NCBI GenBank assembly: GCA_964588985.1
Contig: CAZPQW010000008.1
Location: forward strand, 1 to 64,000
DNA from: an uncultured Solirubrobacteraceae bacterium
Lineage (GTDB): Bacteria; Actinomycetota; Thermoleophilia; Solirubrobacterales; Solirubrobacteraceae
Reading direction: 5' to 3'
Length of the DNA stretch: 64,000 nt
This document shows positions 16,708 to 26,698 of the stretch, in pieces; the first letter of the stretch is position 1, and each line of letters begins with the position of its first letter. A model generated the notes under the pieces. The model had not been told where the DNA came from and ran no database searches. It saw nothing but the letters and a program-made list of their open reading frames with translations. A program made the position numbers and the translations under genes.

Positions 16708-18501
16708 ATGGGCGACAGCGCCACGCCAACCCTCGCATCACGGAAGACCGCAGGCGCGGAGGAGGACCCGACCGAGCGCAGGGCGGCTCCGCGGGACCTC
16801 GACCGCGTGCCCAACGGCCTGCATCCGCCGCGCCATCCCGGCCGCTCCACGCGCATGATCGGCGAAGTGGTCGTCGACCTCGGCTTCTCCGATCGCGAGG
16901 CCGTCGAGGAGGCGGTGTCCGCCGCCCGCGCGCAGGGCCGTCCCACGGGCCTCGTGCTCGTCGAGCGCGGCATCCTGCGCCACGACCAGCTCGCCCGCGT
17001 CGTCGCCGAGCGCTTCGGCCTGGACTTCGTCGACCTGTCCGTCTTCGACCTCGACATGGGCGCCGCCAACCTGATCAGCTCGGAGACCGCCAAGCGCTAC
17101 CAGGCCCTGCCCGTCGGCTACGCCGACGACGGCGCGCTGCTCGTAGCGATGGCCAACCCCACGAACGTCCTCACGATCGACGACATCGGCATGATGACCG
17201 GCCGGCGGATCCGCCCCGCGGCCGCATCGGTGGAGGACCTCAACCTGCTGCTCACGCGACTCGTCCGCATGGACGACTCGATCGAGGACATCGCCGACGA
17301 GGAGCACGACGACTCCGAGAGCGACCTGCAGCTCGACGACGTCGACGCCGGCGCGCCCGTCATCAAGCTCGTGCACTCGATCGTCGCCCAGGCAGTCCAG
17401 CAGGGCGCCTCCGACATCCACGTCAACCCCGAGGAGGGCGACACGCGCGTGATGTTCCGCGTCGACGGCGTGCTCGCGCCCGCCGCCACCGTCAAGCGCA
17501 AGATGGCCGCCGCGGTGGTGTCGCGCATCAAGATCATGGCCGAGCTCGACATCTCCGAGAAACGCGTCCCGCAGGACGGCCGCTTCGCGCTCGGCGTCGA
17601 CGGGCGTCGCGTGAACATCCGCGTCGTCACGCTGCCGCTCGTCAACGGCGAGGGCGTCGTCATGCGCATCCTCGACTCCGGCGTGGTCGTCGACGACATC
17701 GACTCGCTCGGCATGCAGCCCGCCGACGCGAAGCGCTTCAACAGCGCCATCCACCGCCCCAACGGCGCCGTGCTCGTCACCGGCCCCACCGGCTCGGGCA
17801 AGTCCACCACCCTCTACACCGCGCTCAACGCGCTCAACGACGGCGAACGCTCGATCATCACGATCGAGGACCCCGTCGAGCAGCGCATCGCGGGCGTCAA
17901 GCAGATGCAGATCGCCCCCAAGGCCGGCGTCACCTTCGACGTCGGGCTGCGCTCGATGCTGCGCGCGGACCCCGACGTGATCATGGTCGGCGAGATCCGC
18001 GACCGCCAGACCGCGCACATCGCCATCGAGGCCGCGCTCACCGGGCACCTCGTGCTCTCGACGCTCCACACCCGCGACGCGCCCAGCGCGCTCGGCCGCC
18101 TGATCGACATGGGCATCGAGCCGTTCCTCGTCTCCTCCGCCGTCGACTGCATCGTCGCCCAGCGACTGGTGCGGATGCTCTGCGTCCACTGCAAGCGCCC
18201 GCAGACCCTGTCCGAGTCGGTGCTCGCCGACCACGGGCTCGCCGGCGCGGAGCCGTATGAGCCGGTCGGCTGCTCGCGCTGCGGCGGCTCCGGCTACCGC
18301 GGCCGGGTGGGCGTGTACGAGGTGATGTCCGTCAGCGAGCCGATCCGCACGATGATCCTCGAACGCTCCTCGGTGGACGACATGGTCGCCGTCGCCGTCG
18401 AGGAAGGCATGCTCCGCCTGCGAGAGGACGGCATGGCGAAGGTCCGCGCCGGGCTCACCTCGATCGCTGAGGTCGAGCGCATGACGAACAGCATGCTGTA
18501 G
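16708..18501 (+). CDS. pilB: GspE/PilB family type II secretion / type IV pilus assembly ATPase
   Basis: ASDIH, PQDGR, GPTGSGKSTTLY, TIEDPVE, LRADPDVIMVGEIRD, TGHLVLSTLH, Zn-binding CxxC pairs. Confidence 0.9.
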   Translation: MGDSATPTLASRKTAGAEEDPTERRAAPRDLDRVPNGLHPPRHPGRSTRMIGEVVVDLGFSDREAVEEAVSAARAQGRPTGLVLVERGILRHDQLARVVAERFGLDFVDLSVFDLDMGAANLISSETAKRYQALPVGYADDGALLVAMANPTNVLTIDDIGMMTGRRIRPAAASVEDLNLLLTRLVRMDDSIEDIADEEHDDSESDLQLDDVDAGAPVIKLVHSIVAQAVQQGASDIHVNPEEGDTRVMFRVDGVLAPAATVKRKMAAAVVSRIKIMAELDISEKRVPQDGRFALGVDGRRVNIRVVTLPLVNGEGVVMRILDSGVVVDDIDSLGMQPADAKRFNSAIHRPNGAVLVTGPTGSGKSTTLYTALNALNDGERSIITIEDPVEQRIAGVKQMQIAPKAGVTFDVGLRSMLRADPDVIMVGEIRDRQTAHIAIEAALTGHLVLSTLHTRDAPSALGRLIDMGIEPFLVSSAVDCIVAQRLVRMLCVHCKRPQTLSESVLADHGLAGAEPYEPVGCSRCGGSGYRGRVGVYEVMSVSEPIRTMILERSSVDDMVAVAVEEGMLRLREDGMAKVRAGLTSIAEVERMTNSML

Positions 18502-18550
18502 ACGAGCGCGTCGACGCCGACTCGTCTTCAGTAGGAGACAGGCGCCGCGG

Positions 18551-18580
18551 CGTGCCACGGCGTGCCACGGCGTGCCAAGG
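18551..18580. repeat. Short tandem repeat, (CGTGCCACGG)x3
   Basis: Two exact units and one variant (CGTGCCAAGG), intergenic. Confidence 0.7.
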
Positions 18581-18714
18581 CAGCGGCTAGGTCCCCCGGC
18601 ATGTCTGTCGCCGTGCGGCTTTTTACCGTCTCCGCGAGACTTGGGCGGCCGGAGCGCGGTGTCTTGCGCCGGCTGCGCACTAAATCGAACTTGTCCGCGA
18701 GTTGGACTCTTGCC

Positions 18715-19722
18715 ATGGTCTGGGCTGTGTCTGGGGAAAGGGTCTCGATATCGGTCGTGGTGAGCAACCTGAACGGTGAGCGCTATCTCCCGCGCCTGCT
18801 CGAGACCCTCGTGGAGCAGCGCGGTGTGGACACGGAGATCATCGTGGTCGATCGTCACAGCACGGATAGCTCGTCGGAGATCCTGGAGCGCTATCCGGCG
18901 GTCCGTGTCGTCCGAGAGCCGCCGGAGTCAGGGCTGGTGGCCGGCTACGCCGCCGGCGCGAAAGAGGCCTGCCACCCGCTGCTGTTCTTTTGCAACGAGG
19001 ATCTCTACCTCGACGAGCACTGCCTTGCGGAGCTCGCGTCGCGCATCGATGTGCAGAGCACGATCGCGGCAGCCGACCCCTGGCAGTGGACCTACGACGG
19101 CAAGCAGTGGATCCATGGTGGAACGCGGTTCCGCCGCAGCCCGTGGCACATCTACTCGCCCTTCCCGTTCAGGATGCACGAGTTCACCGTGCCCCTCCCA
19201 GATCGGTCGGTGATCCCGTTCGCCTGTGCGGGAGCGGTGATGATCGACGCGGCCGTCTACAGGGAGCTCGGCGGCTGGGACGACAGCTTCTTCCTCGACT
19301 ACGAGGACATCGACCTCTTCCTCAGGGCCTGGCAGCGCGGCTGGTCCTGCGTGACGGTCCCCGAGGCGCGCGTCTTCCACGCGGTTGGCTCCGCCAACGC
19401 GCAGATCGTCGGTGGCGAACGCGTGAGCCGGCGCCGTTACATCTCCCATCGCTCGAACGTCGTGGTCATCCCCTTCAAGTACTTCTCTCCCGCGTTCGTC
19501 GTCGTCGGGCCGCTGAACTGGCTGGCGACGGTGTGCGCCAACGCGCTGCGTCTTCGTTGGCGTTCGATCGGGCTCGACCTCGTGGTGCTGGGCGACGTCG
19601 CGCGCCGCCTGCCGGCGGTCCTCGCGTTTCGCCGGCGCAACCGCCCGTGGAACCGCCGCAGGCCGGGACAGAGGTTCTTCCTCGACTCCCAGTTCGGGCC
19701 CGAAGCCGACGCCGCTCGGTGA
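18715..19722 (+). CDS. Glycosyltransferase family 2
   Basis: ISVVVSNLNG..YL, EIIVVD..STD, FCNED, LGGWDDSFFLDYEDIDL.LRA; start uncertain (18715 or 18727). Confidence 0.85.
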   Translation: MVWAVSGERVSISVVVSNLNGERYLPRLLETLVEQRGVDTEIIVVDRHSTDSSSEILERYPAVRVVREPPESGLVAGYAAGAKEACHPLLFFCNEDLYLDEHCLAELASRIDVQSTIAAADPWQWTYDGKQWIHGGTRFRRSPWHIYSPFPFRMHEFTVPLPDRSVIPFACAGAVMIDAAVYRELGGWDDSFFLDYEDIDLFLRAWQRGWSCVTVPEARVFHAVGSANAQIVGGERVSRRRYISHRSNVVVIPFKYFSPAFVVVGPLNWLATVCANALRLRWRSIGLDLVVLGDVARRLPAVLAFRRRNRPWNRRRPGQRFFLDSQFGPEADAAR

Positions 19723-20735
19723 TGTCGGCCGCACCTCCCGCCAGAGCGCTCGTAACCGGCGCCGCCGGCTTCATCGGCTCGCACGTCGTCGACGGCTGTC
19801 TCGATCTCGGCATGGACGTCGTCGCGACGGACGATCTCTCGGGCGGCTATGTCGAGAACGTCTCGAGTCGAGCGGTGTTCGTCGCGGGAGATCTGCGCGA
19901 CGCGGCGTTCGTCGCCAGCCTGTGGAGCGACCACGCGTTCGACTACGTCTACCACCTCGGGGCGTATGCCGCGGAGGGTTTGTCGCACTTCGTTCGCGCT
20001 TTCAACTACCGCACCAATCTGGAGGCGAGCGTCAACCTGATCAATCAGGCGGTGATACACGAAGCGCGTCGCTTCGTGTTCACCTCGTCGATAGCCGTGT
20101 ACGGTCACGGGCAGGTCCCGATGACCGAGGACATGATCCCCGTGCCCGAGGATCCATACGGGATATCGAAGTACGCGGTCGAGCTGGACCTCGCGGCCGC
20201 GGCGAAGATGTTCGGGCTCGACTACACGATCTTCCGTCCGCACAACGTCTACGGCGAGCGCCAGAACATCGCCGACAAGTACCGGAACGTGATCGGCATC
20301 TTCATGAACGCGGTGCTCAGGGACGAACCGATGCGGATCTTCGGCGACGGTCGTCAGACGCGGGCCTTCTCGCACATCGCCGACGTCGCCCCCATCATCA
20401 GTCGCTCTCCGTTGGTCGAGCGGTCACGCAACGAGGTCTTCAACATCGGCGCCGACCAGCCCTACACGGTCCTCGAGCTCTCCGCCGAGGTCGCGGACGC
20501 GTTTGGCGTCGAGCGCCGCGTCGAGCACGAGCCGCCTCGCAACGAGGTCGTGCACGCGTACTCGGACCACACGAAGGTGAGACGGGCATTCGATCCCCCC
20601 GCGCCGATCCCGCTGGACGCGGGTATCCAGCGGATGAGCGCATGGGTGAGGGACCACGGCGCTCGCGAACCGGTCGAGTTCCCGGGGGCGATCGAGGTCG
20701 ATCGCAAGCTGCCGCCCAGTTGGCGGGCGAAGTAG
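19722..20735 (+). CDS. NAD-dependent epimerase/dehydratase
   Basis: VTGAAGFIGSH, FTSSIAVYG, PYGISK (YxxxK), RPHNVYG, GDGRQTRAF; TGATG coupling. Confidence 0.92.
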   Translation: MSAAPPARALVTGAAGFIGSHVVDGCLDLGMDVVATDDLSGGYVENVSSRAVFVAGDLRDAAFVASLWSDHAFDYVYHLGAYAAEGLSHFVRAFNYRTNLEASVNLINQAVIHEARRFVFTSSIAVYGHGQVPMTEDMIPVPEDPYGISKYAVELDLAAAAKMFGLDYTIFRPHNVYGERQNIADKYRNVIGIFMNAVLRDEPMRIFGDGRQTRAFSHIADVAPIISRSPLVERSRNEVFNIGADQPYTVLELSAEVADAFGVERRVEHEPPRNEVVHAYSDHTKVRRAFDPPAPIPLDAGIQRMSAWVRDHGAREPVEFPGAIEVDRKLPPSWRAK

Positions 20736-20794
20736 GTCTCACCAGTGAGTGGACGGCGTCGCGCGCACGCACGACGCCGTCCACGGCGAGGGTC

Positions 20795-21472
20795 CTATTT
20801 CTTCTTGGCCGTGCTCTTCTTGTGGCCCTTCTTCTTGCCTTTCTTGTGCGCCTTGATCAGCGGCTTCGGGTCCAGGCGGGTGCTGCCCGAGTACGCGTCC
20901 GGTTTGCAGCCGTTGGGCCGGCCGAGATCGAACGGGCCTGAGATCGCCTGGACGATCGCGCCTTTTTCCAGATACGCGTAGGTGACCGTCAGCAGCGGAT
21001 CCACGCGCGGCTCCACGCACAGCTTCGTGCCGATCGCGAACTGCCCGGTGATCTGCTCATAGCCGGCTTTCGCCGCGCCCACGCAGTTGAGCGCGTAGCC
21101 CGGAACTTCGCCCGAGCACGAGAACGTGTCGTTCAGCGGCGTCCCCGCTGGGATGCTCGTCAGCAGCGGCGGGCTCTGGACGCCCGTGACGGGGATCTGC
21201 GCCTGCAGCTGGTAGCCGGTGATCGGGCCGCTGCAGTGGAACGTGTACTTCACCTGCTGTTCTTCGCTGCCCGGTTCCGGCGTGCCGGCCGAGAGGCCGC
21301 CGAAGCAGTTGTAGTTGTTCGGGTTGTTTTCTTCGGCGTGGCTCAGGGTCGGTGTGGCGAGCAGCAGGCCGAGCGAGCCCACGATCGCGGCTAGCCACCA
21401 TGTGGCCTTGCGGTGGGCTGTCTGGAATGCGTGCAACGTGGGTCTCCGTTCGTTGGTTGATGGGTGCGTCAT
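20795..21472 (-). CDS. Secreted Cys-containing hypothetical protein with Lys-rich C-terminal tail
   Basis: Signal peptide ending SHA; six Cys; tail KAHKKGKKKGHKKSTAKKK. Confidence 0.75.
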   Translation of the reverse strand: MTHPSTNERRPTLHAFQTAHRKATWWLAAIVGSLGLLLATPTLSHAEENNPNNYNCFGGLSAGTPEPGSEEQQVKYTFHCSGPITGYQLQAQIPVTGVQSPPLLTSIPAGTPLNDTFSCSGEVPGYALNCVGAAKAGYEQITGQFAIGTKLCVEPRVDPLLTVTYAYLEKGAIVQAISGPFDLGRPNGCKPDAYSGSTRLDPKPLIKAHKKGKKKGHKKSTAKKK

Positions 21473-22398
21473 GAGTGCAGGAGCTTTTCCAGGCTCTGCG
21501 TTGGTGAAGCGGGGTTGAAGGGGGTGGAGGCGCTCGCTCCCGCGGTCACGAATGGCGAGATCAGCAGCGCGCCGACGGGAGGCTGGGAGGTGAGCGTCGC
21601 GCTCTGCGAGCCGGTCGGCAGGCCGCTCGCGCCACCGGCGGCGATCGCGCCGAACGTCACCACGATCAGGCCGCTCGAGCGGTAGGTCGCGCTGCTCGTG
21701 ATCGTCGGAAGGGTCGCCTTGAGGAATTCATCCGCCGCCGTCAGCGCCCCGGGCGTGCCGGCGGCGCACTGCGCGCCCGCCGCTCCTTCGGGGCACGGCG
21801 GCTGCACGATCGTGTCCACCACCTGGGGACCGCTCGTGGCCATCAGGGCCGCGTCGTTTGCGAACGCGCTCGCCTCGATCGCCGACCAGCCGCTCAGCAC
21901 CGTGCCCGTGGGCGCCGCCTGGGCGTTGATGTAGGGGGCTCCCGTCGGCGCTTCGAGGGCGCTCGCGAACGTCGAGCCCGACAGCTCGATCAGCCACACG
22001 TTCGTGACCGGCGGCAGTTTGACCGGGGCGGCTTTGGCTTTGCCTTTGCCCGCGGGCGTGGTCGAGTAAGGCGCTGAGCTTTCTTCCGAGGAGTTCGTGC
22101 CTGCCGACGGCTGCGCCGTCGAAGCGGCCTTCCGGGCGCGTCGTTTACGCGCGCGAGGGGTCGCCTGCGCGACCGTCGCGGGCGGCTGGACGGCGCTCGT
22201 GTGTCCGACTCCGGCGGCCGCGAGCAGCGAGGGCAGCAGCGGCAGGCGCGTCCCTACGGCCAGCGAGCTCGTCGGGGTGGGGCCGATCGCCGCGCCGACC
22301 GCGACACCCACCGCGAGCATCGCCGCGGCCAGCGCGGCGGTCATCCGCGGCGATGGGGCGCGAAAGGGAGACTTTTGGCTTTTCGGTGTGTTGTTCAT
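21469..22398 (-). CDS. Membrane-anchored protein with degenerate phosphoesterase-like domain
   Basis: N-terminal hydrophobic segment; NVWLIELS, AADEFLK...P.I..S..Y...GLIVVTF, VGALLISPFV; ATGA overlap with the next gene. Confidence 0.6.
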   Translation of the reverse strand: MNNTPKSQKSPFRAPSPRMTAALAAAMLAVGVAVGAAIGPTPTSSLAVGTRLPLLPSLLAAAGVGHTSAVQPPATVAQATPRARKRRARKAASTAQPSAGTNSSEESSAPYSTTPAGKGKAKAAPVKLPPVTNVWLIELSGSTFASALEAPTGAPYINAQAAPTGTVLSGWSAIEASAFANDAALMATSGPQVVDTIVQPPCPEGAAGAQCAAGTPGALTAADEFLKATLPTITSSATYRSSGLIVVTFGAIAAGGASGLPTGSQSATLTSQPPVGALLISPFVTAGASASTPFNPASPTQSLEKLLHS

Positions 22399-22529
22399 TG
22401 AGTAGAGCGAAATTCTTATAAACCAGCAACACGATCACGGCGGAATAGTTCTGGATGTTTTCGACCTTTTCTACAAAATACCTAATGTCGATCAGATCTA
22501 TGGGGATATGCTATGTTCGCCGCTCGACG

Positions 22530-22547
22530 TTGTCAACTCTTTGTCAA
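22530..22547 (+). promoter_or_regulatory. Pho-box-like 11-bp direct repeat upstream of pstS
   Basis: TTGTCAA-ctct-TTGTCAA, 27 nt before the pstS ATG. Confidence 0.55.
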
Positions 22548-22574
22548 ACCATCACGAAACGGAGCTTCTTCTCA

Positions 22575-23393
22575 ATGCATCGAATTCGCCGTCTCTCCGC
22601 CGCCTTCGCGGTGACTGGCGTGCTCGGGGTTGCGGCGCCTGCGGTCGCCAACGCAACGCACCTCGTCACGATCAGTGGCGCCACCGCGTCCTATCCGCTC
22701 GTCTCGCTGCTGGCCCAGAAGTACGTCAAGACCCACCCGCACAAGCTCAAGTTCAAGATCGCCCAGGGTGGAGCGCAGATCGGCATCAACGACGTGGCCG
22801 CCGGTCGCGTCACGATCGGCGACGTCTCGCGCGAACCGCAGACGAGCGACCCGTCGGGGCTGGTCTTCTACCCGATCGCCAAGTACGCGATCTGCGTGAT
22901 CACCAACAAAGCCAACCCGCTCAGCAACCTCACCTCCAGCCAGGTCGTGTCGATCTTCACCGGCAAGTTCCGCAACTGGAGCCAGGTCTCCGGCGCCACC
23001 GCCAGCGGCACGATCGACCTGATCAGCCGCACGTCGGTCGCCGGAGTGCTCACGAGCTTCCAGTCGCTGCTGCTCGAAGGCAAGAAAGTCTCGACGATCG
23101 CGACCGAAGAGGCCTCCGAGGGTTTGCTCAAGCAGCAGGTCGAGAACGACCCCAACTCGATCGGGTTCGTGTCCAACTACCAGGCCGATCTCGGCGGCGT
23201 CAACTCCGTCGGCTACAACGGCGTGGCCTGCAGCCTCGCGACCGCGAAATCGGGTCAGTACGCCGGCATCGCACGGTTCAACGAGGTGACCAAGGGCAAG
23301 GCCAAAGGCGCCGCGGCGGCCTTCATCGGCTGGATCCGCAGCTCCCCGGCGGCTCGCAAGATCATCGCCAGTCAGTGGATTCCCGTCGCCTAG
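22575..23393 (+). CDS. pstS: Phosphate ABC transporter substrate-binding protein
   Basis: Signal peptide; TISGATASYPL, GGAQIGI.DV..G...IGDVSRE, NKANPLSNLT; first gene of the pst operon. Confidence 0.85.
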   Translation: MHRIRRLSAAFAVTGVLGVAAPAVANATHLVTISGATASYPLVSLLAQKYVKTHPHKLKFKIAQGGAQIGINDVAAGRVTIGDVSREPQTSDPSGLVFYPIAKYAICVITNKANPLSNLTSSQVVSIFTGKFRNWSQVSGATASGTIDLISRTSVAGVLTSFQSLLLEGKKVSTIATEEASEGLLKQQVENDPNSIGFVSNYQADLGGVNSVGYNGVACSLATAKSGQYAGIARFNEVTKGKAKGAAAAFIGWIRSSPAARKIIASQWIPVA

Positions 23394-23400
23394 GACGCTG

Positions 23401-24384
23401 ATGCTGGAACGACTGCGCACACCCTGGCCAGATCGGCGCGCCGAGCTCAGCCTCGGCGGACTCTCGCTACTGGTCGGGGTGGGCGTGGTCGCGATGGTGG
23501 TATTCGTCGGGATCCGCGCCTGGCCGATCTTCGAACACAACGGGCTCAGCTGGCTCGGTCCCGGCGGGCACCTCGAAACCCAGTTCGCCAACATGCAGGC
23601 CACGGGGGCCAACGCGCCCGCCTCGGCCTTCCACCTGCGGGCGTGGCCGATCGTCTATGGCACGCTGCTGACGAGCGTGTTCGCGGTCGGCTTCGGCCTC
23701 GCGATCGCTGTGCTCGCCTCGATCTTCATCGTCGAGCTCGCGCCCGCGCGGCTGCGCGGGATCGCGATCCCCGTGATCCGGCTGCTGGCGTCGGTCCCGT
23801 CCGTCGTCTACGGCCTGATCGGAATCCTGGTGCTCGTGCCGTTCGTCGGCAACCACCTCATCACCGCCCACGAGAAGGCCTCCGTGCAGAACGTGGTCGA
23901 GCTGACCGGCGCCGGGCTCGGCGTGACCGTCGTGATCCTCACCGTGATGATCACGCCGATCATGATCGCGCTGATCTGCGAGGCGCTCATGGCGGCGCCC
24001 GTCTCATGGCGGGAGGGCGCGATCGCGCTCGGCCTGAACCCGCTGCGCGCGGTGCTCGCCGTCACGCTGCGCGCGATCCGCCCGGCGATCGTCGCGGCCG
24101 CGGTGCTCGCCAGCGCCCGCGCGCTCGGCGAGGCCGTGATGATCCAGATGGTCTCCGGCGGGCGCTTCTTCACGCCCAAGCCGATCGACGGCGTCATCTT
24201 CCCGTTCGAGCCGCTGCGCACGGCGGCGTCGACGATCGTCGACTACGTCGACGGCACCGGCGCGCCCGCGCTGCGCGCGACCCTCTACGCGCTCGCGCTG
24301 ATGCTGCTGTTCTCCGCCTTCGTTCTGTCGGTCGGCGGCTACATGATCAAGCTCCCGCTACGCAGGTACCAGACCCGCGGATGA
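23401..24384 (+). CDS. pstC: Phosphate ABC transporter permease
   Basis: IVYGTLLTS, LLASVPSVVYGL.G, REGAIALG, ARALGE. Confidence 0.88.
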   Translation: MLERLRTPWPDRRAELSLGGLSLLVGVGVVAMVVFVGIRAWPIFEHNGLSWLGPGGHLETQFANMQATGANAPASAFHLRAWPIVYGTLLTSVFAVGFGLAIAVLASIFIVELAPARLRGIAIPVIRLLASVPSVVYGLIGILVLVPFVGNHLITAHEKASVQNVVELTGAGLGVTVVILTVMITPIMIALICEALMAAPVSWREGAIALGLNPLRAVLAVTLRAIRPAIVAAAVLASARALGEAVMIQMVSGGRFFTPKPIDGVIFPFEPLRTAASTIVDYVDGTGAPALRATLYALALMLLFSAFVLSVGGYMIKLPLRRYQTRG

Positions 24385-25391
24385 GCGTCTACGCCCCCGA
24401 CGTATCCCGCGGAGGCTCGCCCGCGCAGACACCGAACGGTCGCGGCCGGCGCTCCTCGCCGTGGACGTGGCGCTGGGGTGATCGACTGGTGCTCGCTTGC
24501 GCGTGGACCGCGGGGGTCGGGCTGTGCCTGATCGCCGGAGCGATCGTCGTCTACATGGGCTACCGCGGCGTCGAGTACCTGCGCCCCAACCTGATCTTCA
24601 GCCGACCGCAGACCGGCACCAGCCAGGCCGGTTCGGGCGGCATCCTCGACCCGATCCTCGGGACGCTGCTGCTGACGGCCATCGGCATCGCGCTCGCCGT
24701 CCCGCTGGCCGTGGGCAGCGCCGTGTGGATCGCCGAGTACGGACGGCCGAGCTGGCTGGCGCGCGTCGTCGAGTCGAGCGTCGAGGTCGTCGCCGGGACG
24801 CCCGACATCGTGATCGCCCTCTTCGGCCTCGCGATCTTTCAGCTGAGCCTGTTCGCGCCGCTGTCGTTCACGGCCGAAGGCGGAGGGGTGTACGGCCGCT
24901 CGTTCCTCGCGGCCGGCGCGATGATGTCGCTGCTCGCGCTGCCGCCGGTGTTCGCCGCCACGCGGGACGGCATGCAGGCGGTCCCCGCGCACATGCGCGA
25001 GGCGGCCTTCGCGCTCGGCAAGACGCGCATCACCACGATCCGGCGCGTGCTGCTTCCGAGCGTGCGCTCGAACATCGCCACCGGCGTGACGCTCGGCGTC
25101 AGTCGCATCATCGGCGACACCGCGATCGTGCTCGTGCTGCTCGGCGGAACGCATCGCATCGAACCGCAGAACTCCGTCCCCGTGCTCGGCCTGCTGCGCG
25201 GCACCGGGACCGCGCTCACGAGCTTCGTGTACGAAAACTCGCCCGCCGGCGAAAGCGCCGCTCCGCAGAAGGCGTACGCGGCGGCGTTCGTGCTGCTGAT
25301 CTTCGTCCTCGGCCTGAACCTGATCGTCGGCCGCATCGGCCGCTCCCAGTCCGACACGCAGGGCCTCACCGCGGCGGGCGCGGTCATCTGA
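24381..25391 (+). CDS. pstA: Phosphate ABC transporter permease
   Basis: GGILDPILGTL, GTPDIVIALFGL, REAAFALG.TR..TIRRVLLP, SRIIGDTA; ATGA overlap. Confidence 0.88.
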   Translation: MSVYAPDVSRGGSPAQTPNGRGRRSSPWTWRWGDRLVLACAWTAGVGLCLIAGAIVVYMGYRGVEYLRPNLIFSRPQTGTSQAGSGGILDPILGTLLLTAIGIALAVPLAVGSAVWIAEYGRPSWLARVVESSVEVVAGTPDIVIALFGLAIFQLSLFAPLSFTAEGGGVYGRSFLAAGAMMSLLALPPVFAATRDGMQAVPAHMREAAFALGKTRITTIRRVLLPSVRSNIATGVTLGVSRIIGDTAIVLVLLGGTHRIEPQNSVPVLGLLRGTGTALTSFVYENSPAGESAAPQKAYAAAFVLLIFVLGLNLIVGRIGRSQSDTQGLTAAGAVI

Positions 25392-25490
25392 GACATGGGG
25401 ATATGGGGATGAACTTTTCACAAATCCGCAAAAAAGTCGCTAACCTCAGTGGTCTGATGGCCAAAGTCCACTCACTGGAGAACGATTCTC

Positions 25491-26432
25491 ATGAGTCCTG
25501 AGGAGATGGTCTTGGATCCCTGGAGCTTCGCCACGGACGGTCGCGAGGAGCAGGGCCGCGAGACCGCCGCTCCGCGCGCCGTGCCGCCCGTGCGCACGAT
25601 CGTGCTCGACCGCCAGCCCACGCCAGTGCGCCCGCCGCGCGAGCGCGAGGCCGTCAGGCCGCTGTCCTCCGCCGCCGGACCGGAGCGCCTGCGCCTGCGC
25701 GAGGTGAGCGTGTCCTTCGGCGAGAAACAGGCTGTCAAGTCGGTCTCCCTGTCCGTCCACCAGGGCGAGGTGCTCGCGCTGATCGGGCCCTCGGGCTGCG
25801 GCAAGACGACGCTGCTGCGCACGCTCAACCGCCTCACCGAGCTGACCCCGAGCGCGTCGCGCTCCGGCGAGGTGCTGCTCGACGGCGAGGACATCCACGA
25901 GCTCGTCGACACCAAGCTGCGCTCGCGCGTCGCGATGGTCTTCCAGCAGCCCAACCCCTTCCCGATGTCGATCTTCGACAACGTCGCGTTCGCGCTGCGC
26001 GAGCAGTCGCGCAAGCGCCCCGGCAGGCGCGAGCTCGAGCCGCTCGTGATCGACGCGCTGCGCAGGGCCGGCCTCTACGACGAGGTTCGCGACGACCTCG
26101 ACCGCCCCGCCCTGCGACTGTCCGGCGGCCAGCAGCAGCGCCTGTGCATCGCGCGCGCGATCGCCCCGCGCCCCGAGGTGCTGCTGATGGACGAGCCCTG
26201 CAGCGCCCTCGACCCGATCTCCACCGGCGTGATCGAGGAGCTGATCGGCGAGCTGCGCAGAGAGCTCGCGGTCGTGATCGTCACCCACAACCTCGCACAG
26301 GCCCACCGCGTCGCCGACAAGGTCGCGTTCATGTACCTGGGGGACCTCGTCGAGTACGGGACCGCCAGCCAGGTGTTCGAGGAGCCGCGCGCCACGCGCA
26401 CGCGCGACTACGTCAGCGGAGCGTTTGGATGA
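25491..26432 (+). CDS. pstB: Phosphate ABC transporter ATP-binding protein
   Basis: GPSGCGKTT, MVFQQPNPFPMSIFDNV, LSGGQQQRLCIARA, MDEPCSALDP, DYVSGAFG. Confidence 0.93.
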   Translation: MSPEEMVLDPWSFATDGREEQGRETAAPRAVPPVRTIVLDRQPTPVRPPREREAVRPLSSAAGPERLRLREVSVSFGEKQAVKSVSLSVHQGEVLALIGPSGCGKTTLLRTLNRLTELTPSASRSGEVLLDGEDIHELVDTKLRSRVAMVFQQPNPFPMSIFDNVAFALREQSRKRPGRRELEPLVIDALRRAGLYDEVRDDLDRPALRLSGGQQQRLCIARAIAPRPEVLLMDEPCSALDPISTGVIEELIGELRRELAVVIVTHNLAQAHRVADKVAFMYLGDLVEYGTASQVFEEPRATRTRDYVSGAFG

Positions 26433-26698
26433 GCCCCCGTCGTGAGCGCGCCGTGCCGTCACGCGGCGCGGCGCGGATGCGTCGCGCGCTCGCGATGGCC
26501 GGCTGCGGGGTCCTCGCCGTGAGCGTGTCCGCCTGCGAGAGCACCGAGCAGGAAAGCGCGAAGATCGCCCGCGAAGGCCAGCAGATCATCGCCGCCGAAG
26601 CCGCGCACGCACGCAAGCTCGCGCGCTCGCGCCACCAGCACCACCGTGGCCACTCGAGGACCAGCGCGGCGCACACCGCGAAAGTTGGTGCGGGATGA
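26429..26698 (+). CDS. Small lipoprotein
   Basis: ATGA overlap with pstB; lipobox VSAC. Confidence 0.6.
   Translation: MSPRRERAVPSRGAARMRRALAMAGCGVLAVSVSACESTEQESAKIAREGQQIIAAEAAHARKLARSRHQHHRGHSRTSAAHTAKVGAG

Noticed and set aside
18551-18580. Functional iteron or mini-CRISPR
   Set aside because: Only three 10-bp units without spacers; consistent with slippage.
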